This document shows, piece after piece, positions 50,261-59,754 of a stretch of 64,000 nucleotides of DNA. The translations under genes and the position numbers were made by a program. Positions within the stretch are counted from its first letter, which is position 1. Each line of letters begins with the position of its first letter. The DNA is from Bacilli bacterium (lineage in GTDB: Bacteria; Bacillota_I; Bacilli_A; ML615J-28; CAG-698): NCBI GenBank assembly GCA_017962745.1, contig JAGCUR010000013.1, positions 1,046 to 65,045 on the forward strand. Reading direction: 5' to 3'. The notes beneath the pieces were generated by a model. It worked only from the letters and a program-made list of their open reading frames with translations. It made no database searches and was not told where the DNA came from.

Positions 50261-50297
50261 CACTTTTTGCCTCATTTTTTTAGCTATTTTCTATATC

Positions 50298-50326
50298 ATT
50301 TTATACTTATTTTTCAAAAATATCAA
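50298..50326 (-). promoter_or_regulatory. sigma-A type promoter for the pcp-arcABC operon (-35 TTGATA, 17-bp spacer, -10 TAAAAT)
   Basis: Minus-strand read: gttaTTGATAtttttgaaaaataagtaTAAAATgatatag. This lies about 40 nt upstream of the pcp start. Confidence 0.5.
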
Positions 50327-50707
50327 TAACGCAAAATTTTAGGTATAATCGCGTTTATCCCGAATCTTAAAACTTATTTGAATAATTTACTAAATTACAA
50401 AATAAGGGCAATTTTAGCCAAAAAAAGACCTAAATTTTTGGCATTTTAAACGCATGGGTAAATTTTAAATATATACTTTGGCAAATTTTGCCTTTTTTTT
50501 AAAATTATAAAAAAAATGCTATTTTTTATATTCATTTTTTTGCCTTAATTTTGCGCTATTTTTTTTCCTTTTTTTGGCATCATTTTTTAATCACTTTTGG
50601 CAAGACCCAATTCATGCAGTTTCTAGCAACTTGGACTAGCGATTTTAGCCAAATTTACTCACTTCTACCAATTTAGAACTTGATACCAGTAAGGCTTTTG
50701 AAAAATT

Positions 50708-50747
50708 AGTCCAAAATTAAGAGGCAAAACATCATATTTTTGCCTCT
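50708..50747 (-). terminator. rho-independent terminator downstream of the methyltransferase / Fec-type operon
   Basis: Perfect 9-bp stem GAGGCAAAA/TTTTGCCTC with an 8-nt loop, then a T-rich tract on the minus strand. Confidence 0.65.
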
Positions 50748-50760
50748 AATTTTAGTTATT

Positions 50761-51336
50761 TTATTTCTTTTTTAGTACCATTAAATAATACTTATCGTTA
50801 TCAACCCAATTTTGTAACTCGAAGTAGTCTAAAAAGGCCTTAGATTCATCTGATGGAGCCTCTAATACCCTACTTATATGGTTTGAAACGCTCATATGAT
50901 GCTTAAATAAAGCTTCCCTCGACATCCCGTGCGCAATTACTAGCTTACCATTTTCTTTAAGTAAGCTATTTACCTTCTTTGACAAAGCGTCTCTATCTAA
51001 AAAATGGGGGTATGCGTTATAAAATATTATAAAATCGTACTTGTGATCATCATTATATTCATAAAAGTCATAGCATTCAAACTCTAAAACGATAGAATTC
51101 GGATGAAGTTCTCTTGCGCCTTTAATCATATTCTCGCTTATGTCGATTGCTTTAACAGGGACTTGGGTAATTTCGTAAATAAACGGTGTAATTATCCCTT
51201 TTCCGCAGCCAACATCTAATACTTTATCGCCCTTTTTGATTCCGGCTTCTTTTAGTATGCGTTTAATTAGTGATATATCGTCTTTGTTATGCCAATTAAG
51301 AGCTGCTTTTTCAAAAAACTCTTTAATTTCGTTCAT
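50761..51336 (-). CDS. class I SAM-dependent methyltransferase
   Basis: 191 aa. Motif I VLDVGCGKGIITP. Confidence 0.8.
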   Translation of the reverse strand: MNEIKEFFEKAALNWHNKDDISLIKRILKEAGIKKGDKVLDVGCGKGIITPFIYEITQVPVKAIDISENMIKGARELHPNSIVLEFECYDFYEYNDDHKYDFIIFYNAYPHFLDRDALSKKVNSLLKENGKLVIAHGMSREALFKHHMSVSNHISRVLEAPSDESKAFLDYFELQNWVDNDKYYLMVLKKK

Positions 51337-52490
51337 TAATTAAGCACTTCTTTGTTTAACTTTCCGTATCCACCATAGCTCATTGGATAACTATTAATCT
51401 TAGATGCTAGTTTTACACCTAAAAATGCTTCTGTAATTTCATCAAGTTTTTCATTAATATCAATATCGCTAAATAATTCTGGATAAATTACTTTAGCATT
51501 AAACCAAGTATTGCATAAAGCAATTTCTAGGTTAGTATAATATGCATTATATGCCATTTGAAGATATACTTCACCATCTTCCCATGCTTTGCATGCATCA
51601 AACATTGTATTATCAGCCTGATATAAGCCTTTAATATTCTTAATAGCAGCTGCATCAAGGATCATTACATCCATTTGTGGAGCTAAACTTAAGAATTTTT
51701 CAGCTTCAATTCCTTGAATACCATCTTTTGCTAAATCAGTAACAATATTATTAATCTTTGCAATATTGAATGGTTCGTAATTTTGGGCAGTCATTAAATG
51801 ATTTGTAGTACCCCAGTTACCTAAACCTGCAATATATACTTTCTTTTGCTCGCTTGCAGTAATATCTTTAACACGACGTTCGATTTCTTCTCTAGATGAA
51901 GCAATATAATCATTTAAAGTTTTAGCTTTTTGTTCTTTATTAAAGATTTTACCAAGTAAAGTGATTGTCTTCTTTACATTTTCATCAAATACACCTTTGT
52001 TACCGTATTTAATTACGACTACTGGAACACTAACTAACTCTTGTAAGCTGTTAGCTTTATCGATATCTTCGTATTCAGAAATAATAATATCAGGGTTACA
52101 TGCTAAAATCTTTTCCGTTTCCGCAAATTGTGATTGTGGGCCACCGACGCCACAACTAGGTAATTTTTTAAATGCTTCTTCATTAGCAATAAAATATGGT
52201 CTAGCTACACCATCAAACATCTTAGGACGTTCGCTTAAACTTGAATTATCAATATCTTCAACCCCAGCTAGTAAGCTTACATCGCCAATATAGCAATACA
52301 TTCTAAGTGCGCCTGCCCCAATGCAGATTACTCTTTGGTAAGATCCAGGTGTAATATTTAGTTTACGACCTAACATATCTTCTACTTCTACTGGGCCAGT
52401 TGGCTCATTTTTATCTTTACATCCGCTTAAGCTTAAACTTAAGCACAATCCTAACACTAATACTAATAAAATTCTTAGACGTTTAATCAT
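51336..52490 (-). CDS. ABC transporter substrate-binding lipoprotein (iron-siderophore/cobalamin/heme type, class III SBP)
   Basis: 384 aa. Lipobox LSLSGC. FecB/BtuF-like fold pattern. Confidence 0.75.
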   Translation of the reverse strand: MIKRLRILLVLVLGLCLSLSLSGCKDKNEPTGPVEVEDMLGRKLNITPGSYQRVICIGAGALRMYCYIGDVSLLAGVEDIDNSSLSERPKMFDGVARPYFIANEEAFKKLPSCGVGGPQSQFAETEKILACNPDIIISEYEDIDKANSLQELVSVPVVVIKYGNKGVFDENVKKTITLLGKIFNKEQKAKTLNDYIASSREEIERRVKDITASEQKKVYIAGLGNWGTTNHLMTAQNYEPFNIAKINNIVTDLAKDGIQGIEAEKFLSLAPQMDVMILDAAAIKNIKGLYQADNTMFDACKAWEDGEVYLQMAYNAYYTNLEIALCNTWFNAKVIYPELFSDIDINEKLDEITEAFLGVKLASKINSYPMSYGGYGKLNKEVLN

Positions 52491-53245
52491 ATTTCCTCCT
52501 TAACACTAACTAGTAAATTATCGTCTACTTGTCTAATTTTAATATCTTTTCCATATACTTTAGATATATTTTCTTCATTTAATTCATCCCTACCGCCAAA
52601 TGAGATAATCTCGCCTTCTTTTAAAAGTAAGAATTTATCACCTAGGCGATATGCCATATTCAAATCATGGACCGCGATAATACAACTTATACCATCTTGC
52701 TTGATTTTTTTGATCTGTTTTTCTAGTAAATCGATATTTAAAATATCCAAGTTACTGCTCGGTTCATCAAATACAATAATCTTTGGCTCTTGGGCAAGGC
52801 TACGTGCAATGGCAACGAGTTGCGCTTCACCGCCTGAAGTAGCTGATGCTTCTTTATCTTTTAAGCTAGCAAGCCCTAAATCTTCAATTATTTTATTCAC
52901 TACTTCTAAATCGTGCGCCCCCGGGGCAAAAGAATAATAAGATAAGCGCGCTGATAATATAGTATCAGTAACACTTAATGGTGGCAAGGTTACATTTTGC
53001 GGAACATAACTTATAAGTTTAGCTTTTTCTTTAATGCTTAAATCTTTTAAGTTAGCATCGTCAATTAATACTTCACCGCTAGATAACTTAACTAGCCCTA
53101 ATATTGCTTTTAGAATAGTTGACTTACCAGCTCCGTTTTTGCCAAGAAGCACAAGTGTTTCGCCTTGATCTAAGCTAAAACTACAATTTTTAATAACATC
53201 TACATTTTTCTTGTATCCACAAGTTATATTTTTAACTTCAAGCAT
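52487..53245 (-). CDS. ABC transporter ATP-binding protein (FecE/BtuD-like)
   Basis: Walker A GKNGAGKST, signature SGGEAQLV, Walker B IIVFDEP. Start placed at MLEVKNITCGY. The longest ORF adds 32 non-conserved residues overlapping the permease gene. Confidence 0.85.
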   Translation of the reverse strand: MLEVKNITCGYKKNVDVIKNCSFSLDQGETLVLLGKNGAGKSTILKAILGLVKLSSGEVLIDDANLKDLSIKEKAKLISYVPQNVTLPPLSVTDTILSARLSYYSFAPGAHDLEVVNKIIEDLGLASLKDKEASATSGGEAQLVAIARSLAQEPKIIVFDEPSSNLDILNIDLLEKQIKKIKQDGISCIIAVHDLNMAYRLGDKFLLLKEGEIISFGGRDELNEENISKVYGKDIKIRQVDDNLLVSVKEEI

Positions 53246-54275
53246 GGCTATCTCCTTTCTTTGAAAAGATAATAAATAAAAAGAATGGAGCACCAATAAT
53301 TGATGTAATGATGCCAACTGGAATTGCACTGCCTTTACCAATCGTTCTTGCTAGCATGTCAGCTACAACAAGTAAAATTGATCCACAAAGTAGGCTTGCT
53401 GGAATTAAGATTTTATGGTTGTGACCAAATATCTTTTTAGCGATATGCGGACAAACTAGCCCCACAAAACCAATAATTCCTAAATGTGATACGATGCTTG
53501 CACAAATTAAGGATGCTAAAAGGAGTGAAATTAATCTTAACCTTTGCACCTTAACCCCTTGCGTCTTCGCTACATCATCACCTGATAGCACTGAATTATA
53601 TCTATTTGCCATTAAGAAAAAGAATATACAAGACACAACTAAAACAATAGTTATTGTTAAATCGATTTTTAAGTTAGCTCTAGATAAATCGCCAAACGAC
53701 CATATTATTGCCGCAGACAAAGATACATCCGATGAATAATACTGTAACAAGCTCGTTAGTGCTGTCCAAATAGAACCAATGGCTACGCCTATTAAAATAA
53801 TAGTCTCTTTAGCCATATTTTTTAGTCTACCTAGTCCTAGTATTAATAAAACTGATGCAAAAGCAAAAACGAATGCTAGGATTGATGTAGGGATAAGTGG
53901 GGCATTAGCTAAATAATTATTTAAATTATTACCCGTAATTAAAAAGCCCCCGCTTAAAACAATGATTGCCACATTTGCCCCGAATGTTGCTGCGTTACTA
54001 ACACCAAGCGTAGATGGGGATGCCATCTGGTTACCTAAACATGTTTGCATGATTAGGCCAGCTACTGCTAATCCTGCTCCGCAGATTAAGCTAGCAATTG
54101 CACGCGGCAATCTAATCTTTTGCATTATTACTATATAGTTGTTTGGGCCTTTACCAAATAAGCCGCCTATCGCATCCTTAAATGACATATTGGAAGAACC
54201 CACAAATAAAGATAGGCCAAACAGCAATATAGTTACAATTATTAAAATAATGATAATATAGTTTTTCTTTTTCAT
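53238..54275 (-). CDS. iron-chelate ABC transporter permease (FecCD family)
   Basis: 345 aa, about 9 TM. FecCD-type glycine-rich loops. Confidence 0.85.
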   Translation of the reverse strand: MKKKNYIIIILIIVTILLFGLSLFVGSSNMSFKDAIGGLFGKGPNNYIVIMQKIRLPRAIASLICGAGLAVAGLIMQTCLGNQMASPSTLGVSNAATFGANVAIIVLSGGFLITGNNLNNYLANAPLIPTSILAFVFAFASVLLILGLGRLKNMAKETIILIGVAIGSIWTALTSLLQYYSSDVSLSAAIIWSFGDLSRANLKIDLTITIVLVVSCIFFFLMANRYNSVLSGDDVAKTQGVKVQRLRLISLLLASLICASIVSHLGIIGFVGLVCPHIAKKIFGHNHKILIPASLLCGSILLVVADMLARTIGKGSAIPVGIITSIIGAPFFLFIIFSKKGDSHA

Positions 54276-54339
54276 ATTATCATTATACTTTAAGGTAGTA
54301 AGTGTTTCAATCGTAATGTACTAAAAAAGAAGTGATTGC

Positions 54340-55926
54340 TCACTTCTTTTTATTTTCATATATAATTTCTGGAAGTTCATCTGCTTTATATGGATAAATA
54401 CGATTAACTTCGCTTTTTTCATGTTCATCATACCAAACTTGGGCATAGAATGGGACGTGTGATGCAATATAGTCTAGTTGCCAGCTATTCGCATCAAAAC
54501 ACTCTGTGCACCAGTGCCCAGCAAATAAGACCGCATATGGAGTCGCATAGAATTCGTGGCCTTGGAAGCATCGCCAACGAAGTGGTTTATAAATATCGCC
54601 TTTTTCCATTTTAGTCGATAGACATTTACCACCTCTAAAAGCAGCTGCTTTGATGCAATCGTTTAAATCAATTTCACTTGGCTTTTTGTATTCATCAAAA
54701 CCAAGGCTAGTTAAAACGATATTAGAGCCACTCTTCTCTTCAATATATCCTTCTTCTTCACACCATAACTTATAATACTGCCAGTCTTCACCAATCTCTT
54801 TATACTTATCAATTGATCCAAAGAAGCAATCAATTCTTCCTTCAATATTATGATCAATCCAGTAACGTGGTGCATTTGGATCTTTAAATAATCTTTGGAT
54901 TACTAATTTAGAAATCCAACTCTTTGGAATAATACGACCAACTTTAAAGTACCAATGGCTTTTAGTGTATTTTTTCCAAAAGTATGAATAACTCTTATTT
55001 AAATAATCAGTATAACTATTTAGCACTAATGAATCCGCAAACCAAACTCCATGGAAGTTACGCGTGATATTATAATTTGGTTTGAAATAATCTTTAGCGC
55101 TTCTACCCATAATCATAAAACCATCATTAATGGCTTCAAACCCGGTTTTTCTACCATCAACACCAGAACCTACATTATAAACTTTATTCCAAAATTCTTT
55201 AGCTAACATTTTTGATGCATCTTTTAGAATAATATTCTTAAATAAAATGGCAGTATCATAATCAGTTACCCATTCAAGTGGTCCATTGAATGGTGTATGG
55301 AAGATTAGGCCATCATTCATATTTTTAAGAATCAAATCTTTATATAGAACTGCTGATTCTCTTAAAGATACATAATATTTTAAATTAGAATCTAGAACAG
55401 CACGTTCAGCTAATATCTTAGAATAACTATAAGTATCATATATTGATGGAATTAAAGGATCACCGACTCTTGCCCATGGATGTTTTTTATTTCTGCTGCC
55501 ATATACTGCTATACTTGATACGTGAATTAGATGAATATTATCACCATCAAAATCACTTAAAATCGCATCAATGATATTTTTAGTCCCATCTACATTAGTT
55601 TTAATGGTTCTTTCTGGATAGTGGTCTGTAGCAGGTGGGATAACTCCAGCTGCATGAATAATATATTCACAGCCATGAACAAACTGGCTACAATCATTTT
55701 TATTTGTAATATCACCATACATTATCGTGATATTATTTTTATATTTTTTCTTTAATGCCCTAGCAAAGCGTATATTTTTCTTACTTGGGCGAATAATGAT
55801 TTTTAAAGCAATATTATCAACGCCAAGCAAAATAGGTATACTAGCTTTGCCTAGTGTACCGGTTGCTCCTGTTAACCCCACATTGATTTTAATCATAATA
55901 CCCTCCAAGCGATTATTTGATAACAA
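54340..55926 (-). CDS. NAD-dependent epimerase/dehydratase (SDR) family protein with about 200-aa Cys/His/Trp-rich C-terminal extension
   Basis: Rossmann GLTGATGTLG near the N-terminus. The true start is probably MIKINVG. C-terminal region with CWYY...HWCTECFD motifs of unknown function. Confidence 0.7.
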   Translation of the reverse strand: MLSNNRLEGIMIKINVGLTGATGTLGKASIPILLGVDNIALKIIIRPSKKNIRFARALKKKYKNNITIMYGDITNKNDCSQFVHGCEYIIHAAGVIPPATDHYPERTIKTNVDGTKNIIDAILSDFDGDNIHLIHVSSIAVYGSRNKKHPWARVGDPLIPSIYDTYSYSKILAERAVLDSNLKYYVSLRESAVLYKDLILKNMNDGLIFHTPFNGPLEWVTDYDTAILFKNIILKDASKMLAKEFWNKVYNVGSGVDGRKTGFEAINDGFMIMGRSAKDYFKPNYNITRNFHGVWFADSLVLNSYTDYLNKSYSYFWKKYTKSHWYFKVGRIIPKSWISKLVIQRLFKDPNAPRYWIDHNIEGRIDCFFGSIDKYKEIGEDWQYYKLWCEEEGYIEEKSGSNIVLTSLGFDEYKKPSEIDLNDCIKAAAFRGGKCLSTKMEKGDIYKPLRWRCFQGHEFYATPYAVLFAGHWCTECFDANSWQLDYIASHVPFYAQVWYDEHEKSEVNRIYPYKADELPEIIYENKKK

Positions 55927-55960
55927 AACTAACCAAGAAATTGGTTAGTTTTTTAATTAA

Positions 55961-56932
55961 TTATTTTAAGCCAGCTGTAATGATTGCCATTTGATATACT
56001 TCATAAGCATTGCATCCACGACTTAAGTCGTTGATTGGAGCATTTAAGCCTTGAAGAATTGGACCGAAGGCATCATAGCCGCCAAGTCTTTGGGCAATTT
56101 TATAACCGATATTACCAGCATTGATATCTGGGAAAATAAATGTGTTAGCTTGTCCAGCAACTTTTGAATCTTTGGCTTTAGTCTTTGCTACAACTGGTGA
56201 TACAGCTGCATCGAATTGAAGTTCGCCATCAACTGGAAAATCTAAATCCATTTCTTTTAATTTATTAGCAGCGCTTCTTACTTTATCAACACTTTCACCT
56301 TTGCCAGAGCCTAGTGTAGAATAAGATAGCATAGCAAGTTTTGGATCGATTCCGAATGCTTTAGCAGTTCTAGCAGTTTCTACAGCAATTTCAACTAACT
56401 CATCATCTGATGGGAATAAGTTAATTGCGCAATCACCCATAGCAAGTTTAGTTTCTTTACCATTTTCTTCTTTGAATAAAATAAATGAACTAGATACGAT
56501 TTTACTACCAGGTTTAGTCTTAATTATTTGTAGAGCTGGTCTAACTGTATCAGCAGTAGAATATGTTGCGCCACCTAGTAAGCCATCTGCTAAGCCCATT
56601 TTAACTAACATAGTACCAAAGTAATTTGATTTCTTTAATAAAGCTGCGCATTCATCCCAAGTTTGTTTACCTTTTCTAATTTCAGCCATTAAATCAACCA
56701 TTTTATTCATATCAGCATAGCTTAGTGGATCGATGATTTCAATACCATCAATATTAAATCCGCATTCTTTAGCTTTAGCTTTTACTTCTTCTACATTACC
56801 AAGTAGTAATGGCTCTAGTAAGCCTTCTTGTTTTAAGCGTGAAGCTGCTTCTAAAATTCGAGGATCATTACCTTCAGTAAACACTAATTTTCTTTTGTTT
56901 TGTTTTAAAACTTCAACTAATTTTTCTAACAT
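55961..56932 (-). CDS. pta: phosphate acetyltransferase
   Basis: 323 aa. Full-length match to the Pta pattern (LVFTEGNDPRILEAA..., GDCAINL..., DLSRGC). Confidence 0.9.
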   Translation of the reverse strand: MLEKLVEVLKQNKRKLVFTEGNDPRILEAASRLKQEGLLEPLLLGNVEEVKAKAKECGFNIDGIEIIDPLSYADMNKMVDLMAEIRKGKQTWDECAALLKKSNYFGTMLVKMGLADGLLGGATYSTADTVRPALQIIKTKPGSKIVSSSFILFKEENGKETKLAMGDCAINLFPSDDELVEIAVETARTAKAFGIDPKLAMLSYSTLGSGKGESVDKVRSAANKLKEMDLDFPVDGELQFDAAVSPVVAKTKAKDSKVAGQANTFIFPDINAGNIGYKIAQRLGGYDAFGPILQGLNAPINDLSRGCNAYEVYQMAIITAGLK

Positions 56933-56979
56933 TTTATTCCTCCAAATACATCTTCATTATACTATCTTTAATCATCATT

Positions 56980-57975
56980 TTAAAGCAAATAGATATTTTG
57001 TTTTTTAAGCTCTTCTACTTCTTGCTTATCCCATACCGATACTTGTACTTCACCGATATGCGCTTTGCATAACATGTACATACATAATCTACTTTGACCA
57101 ATACCACCACCAATAGAAAGTGGTACTTTATCTTCCATTATCCATCTACAATATTCATTGTTAACTTTATTTAATTCATTCTTTTGTGTTAACTGTTTAA
57201 TTAGACTAGACTTATCTACTCTAATACCCATGCTTGATAGTTCAAATGCTATTTCGTATAAATCATACCAAAGTAAGATATCACCATTTAAGTTCCAATC
57301 ATCATAGTCAGCTGCTCTGCCATCATGGCTTGCCCCATCTTCAAGAGGCCAACCAATTTGGTATAAGAATACTGCTTTATATAATGAACATATTTTATTT
57401 TCTCTTTCTTTTCTAGTTAGAGTTGGATATAACTTTTCAAGCTCAGCGGTAGAAATAAAATAAATATCATCCGGTAAGTCACAATTTTTAATTTTAAATT
57501 TGCTACTTACTTTTTCGTTTACTTCTTTAATACAGCTATAAATGTCTTTAACTGTTTCTTTTAAGTAATCAAGAGTTCGATCGGCTTCACTTATTACTTT
57601 TTCCCAGTCCCACTGGTCCACATATACTGAATGCATAAAATCAACTTTTTCATCACGACGAATAGCATTCATATCCGTGTATAATCCTTCGTGCATCGAG
57701 AAATTGTATTTAGCTAGGCCGTAGCGCTTCCACTTAGCAAGCGACTGAACAATTTCAACTTCTTTATTTAGGCTTGCTACATCAAACTTAACAGGGCGCT
57801 CATACCCATTTAAGTTATCGTTTAAGCCTGTTTCGGGATACACAAATAAAGGAGCTGTAACACGTCTTAAATTTAGTTTTTCGCTTAAGCAACCAATAAA
57901 TTCATCTTTGATGAACTTAATCGCTCTTTGCGTATCAAAAATGTTTAAACTCGATTTGTATTTTTTAATTTCCAT
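56980..57975 (-). CDS. asnA: aspartate--ammonia ligase (asparagine synthetase A)
   Basis: 331 aa. The AsnA N-terminal pattern (FIKDEF...L.L.RVTAPLFV) and class-II aaRS-like core. Confidence 0.85.
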   Translation of the reverse strand: MEIKKYKSSLNIFDTQRAIKFIKDEFIGCLSEKLNLRRVTAPLFVYPETGLNDNLNGYERPVKFDVASLNKEVEIVQSLAKWKRYGLAKYNFSMHEGLYTDMNAIRRDEKVDFMHSVYVDQWDWEKVISEADRTLDYLKETVKDIYSCIKEVNEKVSSKFKIKNCDLPDDIYFISTAELEKLYPTLTRKERENKICSLYKAVFLYQIGWPLEDGASHDGRAADYDDWNLNGDILLWYDLYEIAFELSSMGIRVDKSSLIKQLTQKNELNKVNNEYCRWIMEDKVPLSIGGGIGQSRLCMYMLCKAHIGEVQVSVWDKQEVEELKKQNIYLL

Positions 57976-58058
57976 AATGTTTCCTTTATACCATTAGGAT
58001 TATACACCAAAATTGTAATTTTTGCCACACATAAATTAAAAAAGGACGTGTAAGTCCT

Positions 58059-59195
58059 TTATAAATTCTTATTAGCTTTAGCGATATATTCGTTTGCTAA
58101 TTTATTAAAATTGCCTCTATTGCTAGTTACATAATCAACCATATAAATTGGCATGGCATCTAAGTACTTCATAAATAGGTCTTTATCTTTAACCATCTTT
58201 TTATTAAAAGATGCTGCCATATCTAGTAAACTCCAAGAAAACATACTTCTAAGTAATTTTAAGTTCGTGAAGAAACCGGTCTTTTGCGCTTGGTTTACTC
58301 TTAAGATGTTAGCGTAATCGTGAGTTTCAATAAACTTATATTCGTTTTCGATTGAACTTCTCATCTTATTAGTACTATTATCGTTATGCCAATATGATCT
58401 AATAGAAGCGTATTCCCTTGCTTCATTTGTATCAGCATCCCCATCACGCTTATAAATTAGTGAATTACCTTCGCATTTAGCAAGCATTATAATACCAGCA
58501 TCAGTTCCAATTACTTTTTGATAAGTTAAATCAGCTAAGTTATCAAAATTAGTATCATAATGAATGTAATCCACAAACGATTTATTCTGATCATTTTTAT
58601 ATGTATTCATATAATCGATGAATGCTTGATACTCACTACTTGCCAAATCATAGTTTTCACCTGCAGAAGAGTGGAAATGTTGAAGATCAAAGATGATGAA
58701 TTCACCATCATGACTACCCAAAAAATCTACAATCTCTTTCACATATTCGATGATTTCGCGGCCAATATAACCATGCGTTGCATAATACTTATCGTCGATT
58801 TTAGTAGCCCTAACATCAAAATATCTTACCCCTGCTTCAAGCATTTTAGAAGCGCTAGCATTTTGCGTTCTAGTTAGTCTTACAACTAAGCCTTTAGCAA
58901 GCAAGTTAACGGCTTTATTAGTGACAATGCCCCCTTCAATTGTGTTAGGTTTGCTATTAAACTTAATACCATCAGTAAAAGCATCGTGAGCTCCAAGCAT
59001 TTTGATATCCACGACTTTAGCGTTAACATTTGTAATGTTATCCCGCATTATGTGGTCATAACCGGTATTTGCCTTTTTTGATACAAAAGAAAAAGGCATG
59101 AATAACGTTAAGAATAATAATAGAATAATCAATATTATTGTTTTGGTTTTTTTATGTTTTTTCATTTTCCCCACCTTCACATTAATTATACACAA
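58059..59195 (-). CDS. secreted PLC-like phosphodiesterase (PI-PLC X-domain-like) protein
   Basis: N-terminal signal/anchor. LGAHDAFT and VRYFDVRA...THGY resemble the bacterial PI-PLC X domain. Start probably at MKKHKK. Confidence 0.5.
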   Translation of the reverse strand: MCIINVKVGKMKKHKKTKTIILIILLLFLTLFMPFSFVSKKANTGYDHIMRDNITNVNAKVVDIKMLGAHDAFTDGIKFNSKPNTIEGGIVTNKAVNLLAKGLVVRLTRTQNASASKMLEAGVRYFDVRATKIDDKYYATHGYIGREIIEYVKEIVDFLGSHDGEFIIFDLQHFHSSAGENYDLASSEYQAFIDYMNTYKNDQNKSFVDYIHYDTNFDNLADLTYQKVIGTDAGIIMLAKCEGNSLIYKRDGDADTNEAREYASIRSYWHNDNSTNKMRSSIENEYKFIETHDYANILRVNQAQKTGFFTNLKLLRSMFSWSLLDMAASFNKKMVKDKDLFMKYLDAMPIYMVDYVTSNRGNFNKLANEYIAKANKNL

Positions 59196-59244
59196 AACAT
59201 AAAAAAAAGTATTAGCAAAATTGCTAATACTTTATCTATTTATC

Positions 59245-59688
59245 TTATTTCTTTAAAAGTTTTGATACGCCGAAACAGCATAATCCACAAGCAGCAACTA
59301 AGCCACTAATTGCGCATAAAACCGCACCAGCTCCTAACTTAATATATTCAGATGTGTTGCTACCATTAACAATGCTTTCAGTTAAGAAGAATAGGATCAT
59401 AGCAACAAGAGCAAATAAAGCTGTTCCTAGTGCAATAAAGTGAGCAAATGGAACTTTGTCAAGTTTGCCTAATAATGCAGCAGCACATAAACATGCTGAT
59501 ACTAAGAATACTAAAATCATGAATACGAAGGCAATAACCATTCCAGCGCCTTCATCTAAAAGATTGTAAACATTAGTTGTTGTATCAAACAATGTTTCTT
59601 TTAGGCCAGGTAATGCCATCCAAACAAAAACTAGTAAACTGAAAAATGCGGCAACGCCTAATAAAATTAAATCTAAATACTTTTTCAT
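59245..59688 (-). CDS. small hypothetical membrane protein (4 TM)
   Basis: 147 aa, four hydrophobic helices. Cys-rich tail CGLCCFG. Confidence 0.5.
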   Translation of the reverse strand: MKKYLDLILLGVAAFFSLLVFVWMALPGLKETLFDTTTNVYNLLDEGAGMVIAFVFMILVFLVSACLCAAALLGKLDKVPFAHFIALGTALFALVAMILFFLTESIVNGSNTSEYIKLGAGAVLCAISGLVAACGLCCFGVSKLLKK

Positions 59689-59754
59689 TTTCTCCTCCTG
59701 TTTAATTTTTACACTTATAGTTTAACACATTAATCCTAATAGTAAAGACTATTA

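Noticed and set aside
50340-50700. Sigma-54 promoter, suggested by the repeated TGGCA elements
   Set aside because: The spacing to any downstream TTGC is wrong (10 rather than 12). No EBP gene is nearby. TGGCA copies occur in both orientations.
52487-53341. Longest-ORF N-terminal extension (32 aa) of the FecE-like ATPase
   Set aside because: The extension overlaps the permease gene by about 100 nt and has no ABC homology. The conserved N-terminus begins at MLEVKNITCGY, so the start was moved to 53245.
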